Assembly: GCF_006345805.1 (NCBI RefSeq)
Contig: NC_043009.1
Coordinates: 23,870,001-23,934,000, forward strand
Origin: Octopus sinensis
Taxonomy: Eukaryota
Length of the DNA: 64,000 nucleotides
Reading direction: 5' to 3'
This document shows positions 24,813-38,570 of the stretch, one piece after another; the stretch's first letter is position 1; every line of letters starts with the position of its first letter. Position numbers and translations under genes: made by a program. Under the pieces are notes generated by a model. It did no database searches and was not told where the DNA came from. It worked only from the letters and a program-made list of their open reading frames with translations.

Positions 24813-27800
24813 CTCATTTTATGACTACGAAGATGACTCATTTTATGACTACGAAGATGACTAATGAGTCCACAGACGTTGCATGTCAGCATCAAAGGAA
24901 GACCCTTCCCATCTGCCCTTCCTGACATCCCTCCTTACTTTCTCATGTGCAACTCGAGATTTCTCAAACGTGGCTGTTCCCTCATGCACAATCCTTCTCC
25001 ACCTGCTACGATCAATAGCTATGCCTTCCCATGTGTCAGGAGAGATGCAAGCATCTCTCAAGGAAGCCTTCAGCAAGTCCTTATACCTCTTTTTTGGTTT
25101 ATGTGGAGGTCGTTCTCATTTAGCTAACTCTCCATCAAAGAGTTGTTTTGGCATCCTTGAATCCTTCATTCTGACCAGATGACCACTCCATCTGAGCCTT
25201 TGCTTTAACATAAGAGCTTCTATACCTTCACGTCAGCCTTCGAGTATTTCAAGATCACTGATGCGGTCCTTCCACTTAATGCTATAGATCCGTCTGAGGC
25301 ACATCTGATGGAAACGTTCCAGATGTTTAAGGTGGTATCGATATGTGAACCACCTCTCGCAGACATAGAAAAGAGAAGGGAGCACACATGCCTTGTACAC
25401 CTTTATCTTTGTCTTTCTGCATATGTCTCGCCGACTCCAGAGGCGCTTTTCTAGCCTTCCGAAAGCAACACTTGCTTTCCTAATTCTATATGGAATTTCA
25501 TCATCCACATTGCCATATCTATTAATAGTGCTTCCCAGGTAGACAAACTGATCGACTACATCAAGTCGTTTACCATTCACATAGATATTTGGTACACTAT
25601 ACTGCTTACCAGGGGCAGGTTGATGCATGACAACAGTTTTCTTGAGATTGACTGTCAATCCTAAGGCAATGCAAGCATCAGAGAATGCATTCAAAACGTG
25701 TTGCATATCAATCTCTATGTGCGCTACTAGCTCACAATCATCAGCATACAAAAGGTCTCTTATGATAGAGGTAAATATCTTTGTTTTTGTAGCAAGGCGC
25801 CTGATAATAAATATGCTGCCAGAGGTTCGATAATGGACGTAAACACCGTATCTGCCGTTTCTGAATGCAATACAGAACACCATCGCGAAATATATGGAAA
25901 ATAGGGTCGGTGCCAGAATATCCCCCTGTTTCACTCCATTTTGTATTGAAATGGGCTCCGACATATTCCCTCTAACATTCACCCTACCATTCATGTCTTC
26001 ATGAAAAGACCTAACCAAAGCAAGGAACTTTTCAGGACACCCAAGTTTCTGGAGGACTTTCCACAATGCTTTTCTATTGACGGTATCAAAGGCTTTTGTC
26101 AGATCGACAAACACCTGATACAAATCCAGACCCTGTTCCACACACTTTTCCTGGAGCTGTCTAGCTGAAAAGATCATATCAGCAGTGCCACGTCCCACAC
26201 GAAAGCCAGATTGACTTTCTGGAAGAACACAATCTGCAATGTATTTCAGCAGACGATCCAGGAGGATCCTGCATAAAACCTTTCCTACAGCAGACAGCAA
26301 TGATACTCCCCTATAATTACCACAATTATTCCTGTTGCCCTTTACAGGACCACCATTACTGCATCTCTCCAGTCTTCAGGTACAGATTCACTAGTCCATA
26401 CCTTACCAAACAAAGAGTGAAGTTTCTGCAGAATTTTCTCACCACCATGCTGTAACAACTCCGCATGTATGCCATCCATACCCGGAGACTTCCCATTATT
26501 CAACCTTGTGACAGCCATTGCAACTTCTTCCAACTTTGGTAGTTCTGCGAGTGCTGCTTTCACAGGCAATCCAGGGATGAGATTGAGAACATCCTCACTA
26601 ACTACAGACTGCTAATTCAAAAGTTCATCAAAGTGTTCTTGCCACCTTCGCAGAATTCCTTGTGAATCACGAAGTTCTTTACCATCCCTGCTTCGAATTA
26701 GTGTCATCAGGGAAGACGTTGGTCCATAAACTTCTCGCAAGAGACCATACAACAGCTTTGTGTTATTGGAATTTGATGCCGCCTGTATCTCGTCAGCCTT
26801 CTTACTCCACCACGTATCCCTCATCCGAGAGAGCTTTTGCCCCACACGTGATTTTACGTCCTTAAGTTCCCTATGCAACACTTCCCTTTCCTGTGACTTT
26901 GCTGACAAATAGCGTGACAAAGTACGCCTTTTATCAGCCACTAAATCATCTATATGTTCATCATTTTCTTTGAACCAATCTTGATGCTTTCTTTGTATCA
27001 ATCTCAGAACTTTCTTGCCTATATCATAAACTGAGCTTTTAAGGGTCGACTAATCCTCCCCAATATCTGCAGCATTCATTTCCCCTCGTAAAGTTCTCTT
27101 CACACTATTATACCTGAGACGATCAAAATTCAGTCTTTTAGGCAGGGTCATCCCTGCAGCTCGGATTTTATGTTTTGTGACTAATTTCACTTTTGCACGT
27201 ACTAGGCGGTGGTCAGTCCAACACTCAGCTCCACGAAGAACACGAACACACTGCACATCCTTGTCTATCACGCACCCTAACTAGGATGTAATCCAGAATA
27301 TGCCATTCTTTAGATGCAGGGTACATCCATGTAGTCTTAAGCTTATTCTTTTGTTGAAACATGGTATTGGTAACACACAGACTCAGCTCCTCACACATCT
27401 GCAGCAAAAGCATGCCATTACTTTTACACTTCCCCACCCCATGCTTCCCAATCACAGTCCATGTGTTAAAATCCCTATCCACTCTAGCATTAAAGTCACC
27501 CAGTACGATGACTTTGTCTGCCCGAGGGATATTTCTTATAATACCCTTCAAAGCATGGTAGAAAGAAAGTTTTTCGTCATCAGTATAGCACATAGTTGGA
27601 GCATACACACTCACCAAGGTCATATAATTTCCTTTAGACAAAGGAATTCTCATGGACATAAGACGCTCATTAATTCCGATTGGGAATTCTTCCAACTTGT
27701 CCACAAGAGTAGTCTTAACAGCAAATGCCACTCCAGCTTCTCCTCTAAGCTCTTCATCTCTCCCTTTCCAAATGAATGTATATTTTCCACAAGTTTCTAT

Positions 27801-28610
27801 AAGATGACCATCTCCAGGTAATCTCGTCTCAGATAAAGCAACAATGTCAAGGTCATAGCGTTGAAGCTCCTTCGCAACAAGCGAAGTCCTTCAGACCGTG
27901 ATGCTCTGGAGCCCCTGCCGGGCCAGACTCTGCCGATGTGGTTCCAGAGTCCTTACTGCCATTTATTTTTATACTGTTTTGGTACATCATTGATAAGGCT
28001 ACAGCCAGCCATTCAGTTGAGACTCACAGCACTATCAACAACCATGAATTAGTTAATCACTTTAATCAATCCAATGTAGTTATCGTGCAATACCTGTGCA
28101 AAAAGTTTTTTTTTAAAGTGAGGAAAGGCTGTGCATTGAGTCAATCCCACTCACTAAGCAACAGCAGCCATAATCCGAAAAGAAGAACAAGTCAACATCA
28201 TCGGTAACCACTGAGTCGCAGGTTTTATGTCGGAGTTATCCCAGTTACCTGAGTTACCTTGTCCTAGAAGGATGCCCTAACGAAGGCTAAGAGTCCTTCA
28301 CTCCCAATGGTTTAACCGCGCGATCGGGTATTCAGTCCGATTATTTCTATGTCCTCGCGCATGATACAGCCTTAAGGAGAAAAAAAACAAAGAAAATACA
28401 AAAAAACATTTATTGGATGGCCGTTGACTCTCAAGAGTTCCTCCACCCTTTGACGGGTTTTGTTTTTCATCCCGCAGGGTGTCCAATAAACACCCTCCTC
28501 ACCAAGCAAGCTTGGTGGGGTTACCGGTTTAGTCGCCGACGACCCGACCATGCAACAGGTTGTTCTGGGTTACATGTTACCAGTAGCACTCGAAAGTGAC
28601 CTGACATACA
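24813..28610 (-). mobile_element. Near-full-length RTE-clade LINE (APE endonuclease + RT), decayed
   Basis: GDFNARV, WHILDYILV, QSGFR.GRGT.DMIF, GVKQGDILAPTLF, LLYADD motifs; 3' tail of 2 x 24-bp repeats (ctcattttatgactacgaagatga); long 5' UTR. Confidence 0.92.
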
Positions 28611-28928
28611 AAAAAATACAGTTATATGTACAATCAAAAGATGTAAGGATACAATGGTTGGTGAAGAAGAAAGTATGATTTAAATTCGCTTTGTGTATAT
28701 ATTTGTGTGCGGTGCGTGCTGATATATAAAACTGTGTGTATGGGTTTTCTAGAAAAATCTGTGTATGATTTTTCTAGAATTCGGGATGTATTTACAGATA
28801 TCTTTACGAAGTAGAATGGCGTGTTTTCGATCGTGGTTGCTACGCATGGTAACACAGATTTACGACAAGGAGACACAGTTATTTTCTTTTTGTAGAATCA
28901 TTGAAGGTACTGTTCCCATATCCAAAGA

Positions 28929-28975
<47 letters not shown>

Positions 28976-30012
28976 TACTTATCTAGTTTTTCCAAAGAGA
29001 TGGGTATGTCCAAGTCAGTGGAAGATTTTGAACTTCTTTTCAAGTTAAAGTGATACCATGTGCTGTATACGTTTGTGTATATTTTCTGTTTTTCCCTTCT
29101 TTGTATTTCAGATGGTTTTTCTTTAAATATGTCTTGTTACGTTTTCATTCAAAAGTTATTCAGATAATGATTTTATTTTACTTTATTCTTTTGTTCTGAT
29201 CAAAAATCGCAGTTAATTTTGAAATTTCGTAAAATCCATTATTTGTAATGTTTATAATTACTACGTTCGCAAAAGATTCTTCCTGCTTAATATATTTCAC
29301 TTTATATTTCCTCAAGTCAATGCTCAGTCATTCAGGAAGACATTCAAGGCTTTTTTGAGTTTTATTTATAATAGCCTTCGCAGCTTTTCAGAAATTTCTT
29401 GGCGATTTTCTAGGAGCTTAAAAAAGCACATGTTGACCGGAGGCCGACCGGAAATGTACATCATACATACATACATACATACATACATACATACATACAT
29501 ACATACATACATACATACATACATACATACACACATACATACATACATGCATACATACACACATACATAATGATATGTAAATATAAGATTCAAGGATCTA
29601 AGAGTAGAAAGTTAGCAAGCTTCGTGCAGTTTGCAGAAGGTGTAAAAAACAACTTTCTACTTTCAGGAACAATAATGGTTTATTGAGGTAGAAGGTTGTA
29701 GGTTTTTCCCATATTGAAGTTCGATAAGCAGGAAAAAGTTAATTTGTAGTTTACGGTAAGGAACTAGGATTGCTATGCATGGAAATAAAATCCAAATGAG
29801 GAAATGGAGCAGGTAAAAACCTGGCTGCATATGTTTCCCAGCTAGTAGCAGAACCTCGGAAGTAGTAATTACCAAAAATAAAAATCCGAAACAAAACTAA
29901 TAAAATAAAAAACAAAACAAAACAGCAAAAACTACAGGCGAACTCAATAAATAAATAGAGAAAAAGAGAAAGAGAGAAAGGAAGAAAGAAAAGAATAATT
30001 CTAGGTACTTAC

Positions 30013-30103
30013 TATTCCGTTGATCCTCAGTTTCATTTCCCAAACTTTGTGCGGCTGCATATATAAATAGGAGTAATATATACACAGATGGAACTTTGGC
30101 CAT
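30013..30103 (-). CDS. Gene B exon 1: signal peptide MAKVPSVYILLLFIYAAAQSLGNETEDQRN
   Basis: ATG in acaATGG context; K + hydrophobic core + AAA cleavage region; canonical donor A|gtaagt at 30012; phase 1. Confidence 0.78.
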
Positions 30104-30262
30104 TGTCTTTCTTTTGATTCTCAAATGAATAGCACCTGAATATTGAAAGATTAAGGCCTGGTCTTTCTCCACAAAATATACGATCAGTCAGCAACTACAA
30201 TAGTAGGGCTAAGCACACATAAGTAATATTTCATATAAATTCACATGAATTCCTGTTTACAG

Positions 30263-30268
30263 TTTATA
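30263..30268 (-). promoter_or_regulatory. Candidate TATA box (cTATAAA) for gene B
   Basis: TATAAA ~165 bp upstream of the ATG; same cttataaa context as gene D. Confidence 0.35.
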
Positions 30269-31149
30269 AGGGCGTAATTTTTTTAACGTACTTCATCTGT
30301 TTTTTGAAAGAACCTATTGTTTGCCTGTTGACAAAGTTGTTGAGTGTATATGTTGCTTCCAAGTACTCTTCAAGTGTTCATGGATTTCGAAAAAAGATAA
30401 GTGTTCCGGCGAATATTTCATTTTTTACAATACACGCACGTACCCGCACACACCCACACGCACACACACACACACACACACACAACACACACACACACAC
30501 ACACACACGCACGAACATACACACACATACAGATGCACATACATATCTATATAAGACGAACAAGCATTTACACTCACACACATACATATAACACGAACAG
30601 TCATTCACACACACACATGCACACACACATACACACACACACACACACAAGTTCGTATACTCACACACATTCACATAAAGACGTGCAGATGCGCATATAC
30701 ACACAAACATACGTTTATACGCAATCACGCGCGCGCGCACACACACACACACACAACACGCACAGACATTCGCACACATGCACACAGGCGTATACCCCCC
30801 CCCACATAACACGAACAGACATTCACGCGTGCGCTCACACACACACAAACTCACAAGCACGCATACTCATACATATTCGCATGAACACACACCAACTTGC
30901 ATACACACACAAACAATCACGCGCGTACACACACACACACACCACACACACACACACATGTATATAAACTCACTCATAGACACTTCCGCATACACACATG
31001 CTCACAACCACACAAATATACAAACGCATGTATAATCACATAACTCCACACTTACAAGTACCCGTTCGTCAACACACGCATACACAAAACAATATACCCT
31101 TAAACTCACGCACATGCACACTCGTACACATAAACACGCGCTCATACAT

Positions 31150-31910
31150 ACAAACTCACATACAAATTCCGCCGAGGTCGACTTTACCTTTCATCGTTTC
31201 GAGGTTGATAAAATAGGTACCAGTTGTGTGCTGGGTTCTATGTAATCGACTGTCCTCTCCCTCCAAATTTCACGCCTTGTGCCTACAGCAGAAAGGATTA
31301 TTACGATTATTAAGGCGGTGAGCTGGCAGAACCGTTAGCACGCCGGGCGAAATGCGTATCCGTATTTCGTCTGCCGTTACGTTCTGGGTTCAAATTCCGC
31401 CGAGGTCGACTTTGCCTTTCATCCTTTTGGGGTCGATAAATTAAGTACTATTTACGCACTGGAGTCGATATAATCGACTTAATCCGTTTGTCTGTCCTTG
31501 TTTGTCTCCTCTGTGTTTAGCCCCTTGTGGGTAGTAAAGAAATAGTTATTTCGTCTGCCGCTACGATCTGAGTTCAAATTCCGCCGATGTCGACTTTGCC
31601 TTGAATCCTTTCGGGGCCGATTAAATAAGTACCAGTTACGCACTGGAGTCGATATAATCGACTTACTCCCTTTGTCTGTCCTTGTTTGTTCTCTCTATGT
31701 TTAGTTCCTTGTGGGCAGTAAATAAATAAGAAATAAAAATGGTTAGCTCGCCGGGCGAAACTCAGCAGTATTTACCCTGTCTTTACGTTTTGAGTTCAAA
31801 TTGCACCGAGGGACGACTTTGCCTTGAATCCTTTCGGAGTCGATAAATTAAGTACCAGTTGTGTATTCCAAAATTTCGAGCCTTATGCCTAGAGTAGAAA
31901 AGATTATTAT
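31150..31910 (+). mobile_element. Tandem cluster of four SINE family 1 copies
   Basis: Repeated caaattccgccgaggtcgactttgcc...ggggtcgataaattaagtacc blocks; full copy 31314-31545. Confidence 0.88.
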
Positions 31911-32995
31911 TATTATTATTATATTATTTTATTATTATTATCATTCAGTAGTTTTATTTTTATAGCGTGCTTTCACTTCACTACCGAGCGCAACTCTGTG
32001 TGCCTTAGGTATGCGCTGTGATTTGTTGTGATGCTCTGATGGTTATTGTATGGAAAGTGTTCTGCGTAGGATGTGTGCAGTGCCCAGTAGTGCAATTTTC
32101 TGTATGTTATATGTGTTTGTAAGTCCTGGTGTTTTTGTTATGTATTTGTCTGAATATTTTTTTATCATGCCTAATGCACCTACTATGATAGGAATTGTTT
32201 CTGTTTTTAGATTCCACATTCTGGTTACCTCTATTTCCAGGTCTTTGTATTTTGAAAGTTTCTCCATTTCTTTTAGAGGCACGTTGTCATCTGCCGGTAT
32301 TGATACATCAATTAGAAAGCATTTGTTTTTCTTCATGATCTCTGACAACTATATCTGGTCTTTTGCCTTAATTTCTCTATCTGTGTGTATCGCATCCCAG
32401 AGTATGGTTGCTTTCTCGTTTTCTGTGACCTTTTCTGGTGTGTGCCTATACCATCTTTTTTCTGTTGTTATTCCATAATTTGGCATAGCTTCCAGTGTAT
32501 GTAGGTTCCAACTCTGTCATGTCTGTGAATATATTCCTTCTTAGCTAGGACTGGCAGCCAGAGATAATATGATTTATTGTTTCTTGTCCATCTCTCCACA
32601 TATTCTGCAGTTACTTGTTATATTTCTTTTCATTACATGTTTTTGGTAATTTCTGGTGGGGAGCTTTGGTCTTGTGCTGCAATTAAAAATCCCTCTGTCT
32701 CTGCTTTGAGTCCTGAGCTTCTCAACCATTGCTGGGATTTTTCTTTGTCTATTTCTTTTGCGTTTAGTTTAGTCCAGTATTTACCATGGAGGGGCTTTTC
32801 TTGCCATCGTTTTATCATGGTTCGTTGCTGTTCTGTTTTTAGTTTGGATTTCATTTGTTTTATAGCTTTTGTTGTTTCTTGATTTTCTTCTTCTTTTTCA
32901 TATTTATTTAGTCCAGTATTTAGTCCAGCATTTAGTTTAGTCCAGTATTTGCCATGAAGAGGCTTTTCTTGCCATCGTTTTATCATGGTTCTCTT

Positions 32996-33208
32996 TACTC
33001 TTTTACTCTTTTACTTGTTTCAGTCATTTGACTGCGGCCATGCTGGAGCACCACCTTTAGTCGAGCAACTCGACCCCGGGACTTATTCTTTTTGTAAGCC
33101 CAGTACTTATTATATCGGTCCCTTTTGGCCGAACCACTAAGTGACGGGACGTAAACACACCAGCATCGGTTGTCAAGCAATGCTAGGGGAACAAACACAG
33201 ACACACAA

Positions 33209-33239
<31 letters not shown>

Positions 33240-33408
33240 CATATATACGACAGGCTTCTTTCAGTTTCCCTCTACCAAATCGACTCACAAGGCATTAGTC
33301 GGCCTGGGGCTATAGCAGAAGTCACTTGCCCAAGATGCCACGCAGTGGGACTGAACCCGGAACCATGTGGTTGGTTAGCAAGCTACTTACCACACAGCCA
33401 CTCCTGCA
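32996..33408 (-). mobile_element. SINE family 2, full length, nested in the Dong LINE
   Basis: Reverse complement of 44925-45345. Confidence 0.9.
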
Positions 33409-34203
33409 CCTGTTCTATTTTTAGTTTGGATTTCATTTGTTTTATAGCTTTTGTTGTTTCTTCATCTTCTACTTCTTCTTCTTTTTCTTCATATTTGTTA
33501 GGTGGTATGATTTCTTGTTTGTATTTGTCAGCTTCCTTAAATACTGAGAACAGTTTTTTGTTTTGCTCGTGTTTTGCCGCTATTTGTATCAGTTTTCCTT
33601 CCTTCTGAAGGAGATATTTTTGCAGTCCTATGGTGGTTATTTTATAATAGTTTTCCAGCTATATAAGGCCTCTACCACCTTCTATACGTTGTATATATAG
33701 CCTTTCTATGTCAGATTTTGGGTGATGCATCCTAGATCCTCTCATTACTTTTCTTGTTTTCCTATCTATTTTGGTCAGTTCATTTAGTATCCAGTTAAGG
33801 ATATTGTAGCTGTAACTTATAACTGGGACAGCTAAAGTGTTAATACCTATTATCTTGTTTTTAGCATTGAGCTCTGTTTTTAGTATTGATCTAACTCGTC
33901 TATAATATTCTTTTTTTATTTTCTCTTTCATTTGTGTGTGTTGTGTCTTATCTAGTTCATGGATTCCTAAGTATTTGTAAGTTTGGCTTTGGTCTAATTC
34001 TTTTATTTCATTGGTTTTTATCTAGTGTGATGTTACTACTCTTAACTAGTTTTCCTCTGTTCATGGTTACTTTGGCGCATTTTTCTAATAAAATTTCATT
34101 TCTATTTCTTTGGTAAATCCATGAACTGTCTTTAATAGTGTTTCCAGCTGTTTGTCATTTGCAGCGTATAGTTTTAGGTCATCCATATATAAAACAGAAA
34201 TAA

Positions 34204-34425
34204 GGTGGCGAGCTGGCAGAAACGTTAGCACGTCGGGCGAAATGCGTAGCCGTATTTCGTCTGCTGTTACGTTCTGAGTTCAAATTCCACCGAGGTCGAC
34301 TTTGCCTTTCATCCTTTCGGGGTCGATAAATTAAGTACCAGCTACGCACTGGGGTCGATGTAATCGACTTAATCCGTTTGTCTGTCCTCTGTATTTAGCC
34401 CCTTGTGGGTAGTAAAGAAATACAT
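34204..34425 (+). mobile_element. SINE family 1, nested in the Dong RT region
   Basis: Near-identical to 57403-57635; splits the RT coding sequence. Confidence 0.9.
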
Positions 34426-36904
34426 ATATAAAAGGTGGCTGATCGTTTTGCCGTAACATTTATATCCGCATCCAGTTCTATTTAGCATATCAGATAGAGG
34501 TGACAGTGCCAAGCAGAAAAGGAGTGGCGAGAGAGTGTCTCCCTGGAATATTCCTCTTCTAATGGGGATGGCTTTGGTTTACATGAGTCCCTCTTTTGTT
34601 TGGAGCTGTAGCACGGTTTGCCATTTATTCATAGAGTGCCCTATGAAATTTATAAGGGTTGGTGCTACTTTGTTAATGGCTAGTGTTTCGACGATCCATG
34701 TCTGGGCGATGCTATCAAACGCCTTTTTGAGGCCTTTCTTCTTTCTGTGGCTGTCTTCAGTTATGGCTTTATTAATCATTAGTTGATCTTTACAGCCATA
34801 TGAGCCTTTGCGGCATCCTTTCTGCTCTTCTGGAAACAGGTTGTTTTCGTCCAGGTGCTTGTCCAACCTTTGCGATATTACTGCAGTAAGTGCCTTGTAT
34901 ATTGTAGGGAGACAGGTTATTGGTCTGTAGTTTTCTGGTTTTGCTGTCTCATTTGACTTGGGAATTAAGATGGTTTTCCCCTTCGTGAGCCATTCAGGCA
35001 TTGTCTCTGGCTCTGCCAGTATGTTGTTAAAGTTTTCAGCCAGCTTTTTGTGCATTCCTGTTAGATATTTCAACCAGAATTTGGGGATCTTGTCATGCCC
35101 AGGTGCCTTCCAGTTGCTTAGTCTTTGCAGTGCCTGGGTGACCTCTTCAGTTGTTATGGGGGTCCAAAGTTGCTCAGATGCTGAGTTTGTTGTTTTGACA
35201 CTTCTTTTTTTTTTGGTTGTTCGTTCGCCGACCATATTTCTCTCCATAATTCTTCCACTTCTGCCGTTGGTGCTGCAGTGATTTCTATTTTATTTTTATT
35301 TTTGCCAAGTTCTTGGTAGAACTTTTTGGGGTTGGAGTTGAACTTTTTTTTTTGTTCAAAGAAGCGCTGGCGTTTCTCGTACCGGCGGATATCTTGCTTC
35401 AGCGTTTCTTTTATCTCAGATAAATCTTTTTCTGTGATGTTATATTTTCGGAGTATTTTTGTTTTCTTTTTGTTGCTCAGTAGCGTTGATTGTCTACTGA
35501 TTTCATTAAGAATCGACAGATCTTTTCTCATTTTTTGTATTTTGTTTTGGATGTTATTTATCCACAGGGTTTGTTTGGGTGGTGGTACTCCTGTTTGGAT
35601 GGGTTTGAGTGAGTATCCAGCTTCTTTTGTGGCTGCAGTGGCTGCTGCGTATACTAAGTCATCTAGCTTAGTGATATCGCTTTTTGTTTCAGTGGCTATT
35701 AGTTCAGTGACGGCTAGGTTTATGCTGTTTATAATTGGTGTTGTTGTTTCGTCTATTTTGATTTTTGGGAGATATGGTCGGTGGTCCATTTTGAGCTCTG
35801 TGGTTTTCAGTTCTTTGATTATTTTACTTTTTATATTATCATAATCATTAGGCTCCCCTTTGTTGTCTCTAGGTTTTAGATTTGTGTCGCTTTCTTTCTT
35901 ATTTATATGTTTGTTTGCCGTGTTTTGGCTTGCTGTTTGTCGTGTATTATTATGCATCCTCACGGTCTGGGTTTGTTGTTTTTTTATTTATATCGTTTTT
36001 GTTGGGAATGTTACGTTTGTCATCGTGTTTTATTGTTTCAGTGTTTATATTAATGGGCATCGTTGTGTGGCTTCTATCTACATTTTCCTGGTGTATTTTT
36101 TCTTTTAGATGTTCTATTTCTATTTCTGATATTTATTTTGCTTTGAGAATGTACCTTCGTACGTTAGCTATTTTATTAGGGTTCATTGCTGTATCCAAGT
36201 CTTTATTTATGTTATTTTCCTTCCATATTTTATATGTATGTGTTGTTGTGTTTACATTTTTGGGGTAGAGCACTGCTGTGAAGTATGCGTGCAGGATAGA
36301 AATGTATTCCTCACGTGTCCATTTATGTCTTTTGGGTTTTATCTGCGAGACATGAGGAACAACGTCCGGCCCATTATTTTGACGGTCGTCATTTTCGTAG
36401 GGTACCGGTCCTTTCATTTCTGTTGTCACATTGTTTTGCACGTGTAGTTTTTCGTACATTTTGTGTTGTAAGTTTAAGGTACGTACTTCCAGAATGTTAA
36501 TCTTGGGTTGAATAATATCGGTGGTATTTGATTTCTTTGTAGTTCCTTTGTACATAGTGTTTAGGGTTGGGGATGATCTGGTGTTGATTGATCGTAATGT
36601 TTCACGCATGTTTACATGTGTTGTGTTAGAGGTGGAGATGACATCGAGTCAAAATACATCATTTCGTTTCGAAAATAGTAATAAATTTTAATGAGCATTA
36701 CTTACTCGGGTACAGTCCAATCCTTTGTTAGTAAACCTTTGGTTTCATACGATGTCCTTGTTTTCGATGTTTGCGGATAGATTTCAGAGCTCTGTTGTAT
36801 CGTTCTTACATCTTAAACGTCCCCCGGTGTTCTCTCTTAAACGTCCCCCGGTGTTCTCCTTATTATTATTATTATTATTATTATTATTGTTATTATTATT
36901 ATCA

Positions 36905-37330
36905 TTGAGTGAGAGAGCAGTTCATGCCATCAAAGTGACACTGGGGTAAAATATACGAAGCCCAATATACCCATCATGACTACCCGTCTGATAAAGGTAC
37001 ACCAGGCACATGCATCACAACCATATGTGCGCGACATGGTGATCTCATATCAAGATAAACAGCACATGACCTTGCAGGTGGGGGCCAGTTACAATTTTCT
37101 TCAGGTTGAGTAGCCCATCCCGCTCAAACGGTCCCTGAATAAGGGTTGTTTAAGTTTGAAAGAACCACCCATGTTTCCAGAGGTGAACTATTCAAACCCC
37201 AAAGAATCCCTCTCAACACATGGCTATGATGCTCCCCCACTACTTCTGCTCGTGATCAGAGATGCACATATCGTCAGCCACTAAGGGACATGCTCAACTG
37301 GTTTTAGGACATGCTCAACTGGTTAGGGAC
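36905..37330. repeat. Unclassified interspersed repeat (copy 2 of 13148-13640)
   Basis: Sequence similarity; ends in 3 x ggacatgctcaactggtt. Confidence 0.8.
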
Positions 37331-37342
37331 ATGCTCAACTGG

Positions 37343-37408
<66 letters not shown>

Positions 37409-37419
37409 CATCATCATCA

Positions 37420-37499
<80 letters not shown>

Positions 37500-37509
37500 G
37501 TTATTATTT

Positions 37510-37975
37510 CAGTATTATTCTAACTCGTCTGTAGTACTTCTTTCTTATCTTCTCTTTCATTTGTGTTGTATCGTATCTAGTTCATTGATTCCTAAGTATG
37601 TCTGGCTTTCGTATAATTCTCTTATTTCATGTGCTTTATCTAATGTGATATTGCTGCTCTTCAGTAGTTTTCTTCTTTTCAGGGTTGCTTTGGCACACTT
37701 TTCTAAACCAAATTTCATGTTTATTTCTTTGGTAAATCCATGTACTCTCTGTAGTACTCTCTGTAGTAATGCTTCCATTTGTAGCATAAAGTTTTTAGAT
37801 CATCCATATACAAGAGATGGTAGATCGTTTTGCAGTAACAGTTGTATCCAGATCCAGTTCTGTTTAGCATGTCAGACAAAGGTGTTGGAGCCAGGCAGAA
37901 AAGGAGTGGGGAGAGCGTGTCTCCCTGGAATATTCCTCTTCCAATAGTGATTGCTTTGGATATCAAGCGATGTTG
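37510..37975 (-). mobile_element. Dong-type LINE internal RT fragment
   Basis: GIFQGDTLSPLLFCL, LYMDDLK, FGLEKCAK. Confidence 0.85.
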
Positions 37976-37979
37976 GACA

Positions 37980-38222
37980 TACACGCACACAGACACACTC
38001 ACACACACAGACACACACACACACACACACGCGCGCACACACACATATATATATACATATATACGACGGGCTTCTTTCAGTTTCCGTCTACCAAATCCAC
38101 TCACAAGGCTTTGGTCGGCCCGATGCTATAGTAAGAAGACACTTGCCCAAGGTGCCACGCAGTGGGACTGAACCCGGAACCATGTGGTTCGTAAGCAAGC
38201 TACTTACCACACAGCCTCTCCT
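37980..38222 (-). mobile_element. SINE family 2, 5' half
   Basis: Matches 44935-45120. Confidence 0.85.
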
Positions 38223-38362
38223 ACTCCTATTCTTCTTCTTCTTCTTCTTCTTCTTCTTCTTCTTCTTCTTCTTCTTCTTCTTCTTCTTCTTCTTCTTCTC
38301 CCCCTCCTCCTCCTCCTCCTTATTGATATTATTATTGTTGTTGTTGTTGTTGCTATTATTTA

Positions 38363-38570
38363 GGCGGCGAGCTGGTAGAATCGTTAGCACGCTAGGGGAA
38401 ATGCTTAGCGGCATTTCGTCTGTCTTTACGACATGAGTTCAAATTCTACTGAGGTCGACTTTGCTTTTCATCCCTTCGGAGGTCGATAAGATAAGTACCA
38501 GTCGAGCAATGGCTTCGATGTCAACGACTTATCTCCTCCTCAGAAGTTACTGATCTTGTGCCAAAATTAT
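38363..38570 (+). mobile_element. SINE family 1
   Basis: ggcggcgagctggtagaatcg...gagttcaaattc...ggtcgataagataagtacc. Confidence 0.85.

Larger units (their letters stand above)
31944..36858 (-). mobile_element. Full-length (decayed) R4/Dong-type LINE, family B, with two nested SINEs
   Basis: N-terminal region, WKAPGHDKI, NYRPITCL, EQKGC, GDTLSPLL, YMDDLK, LKAETEGFLIAAQDQ and REL domain in order; both ends in (TAA)n. Confidence 0.9.
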
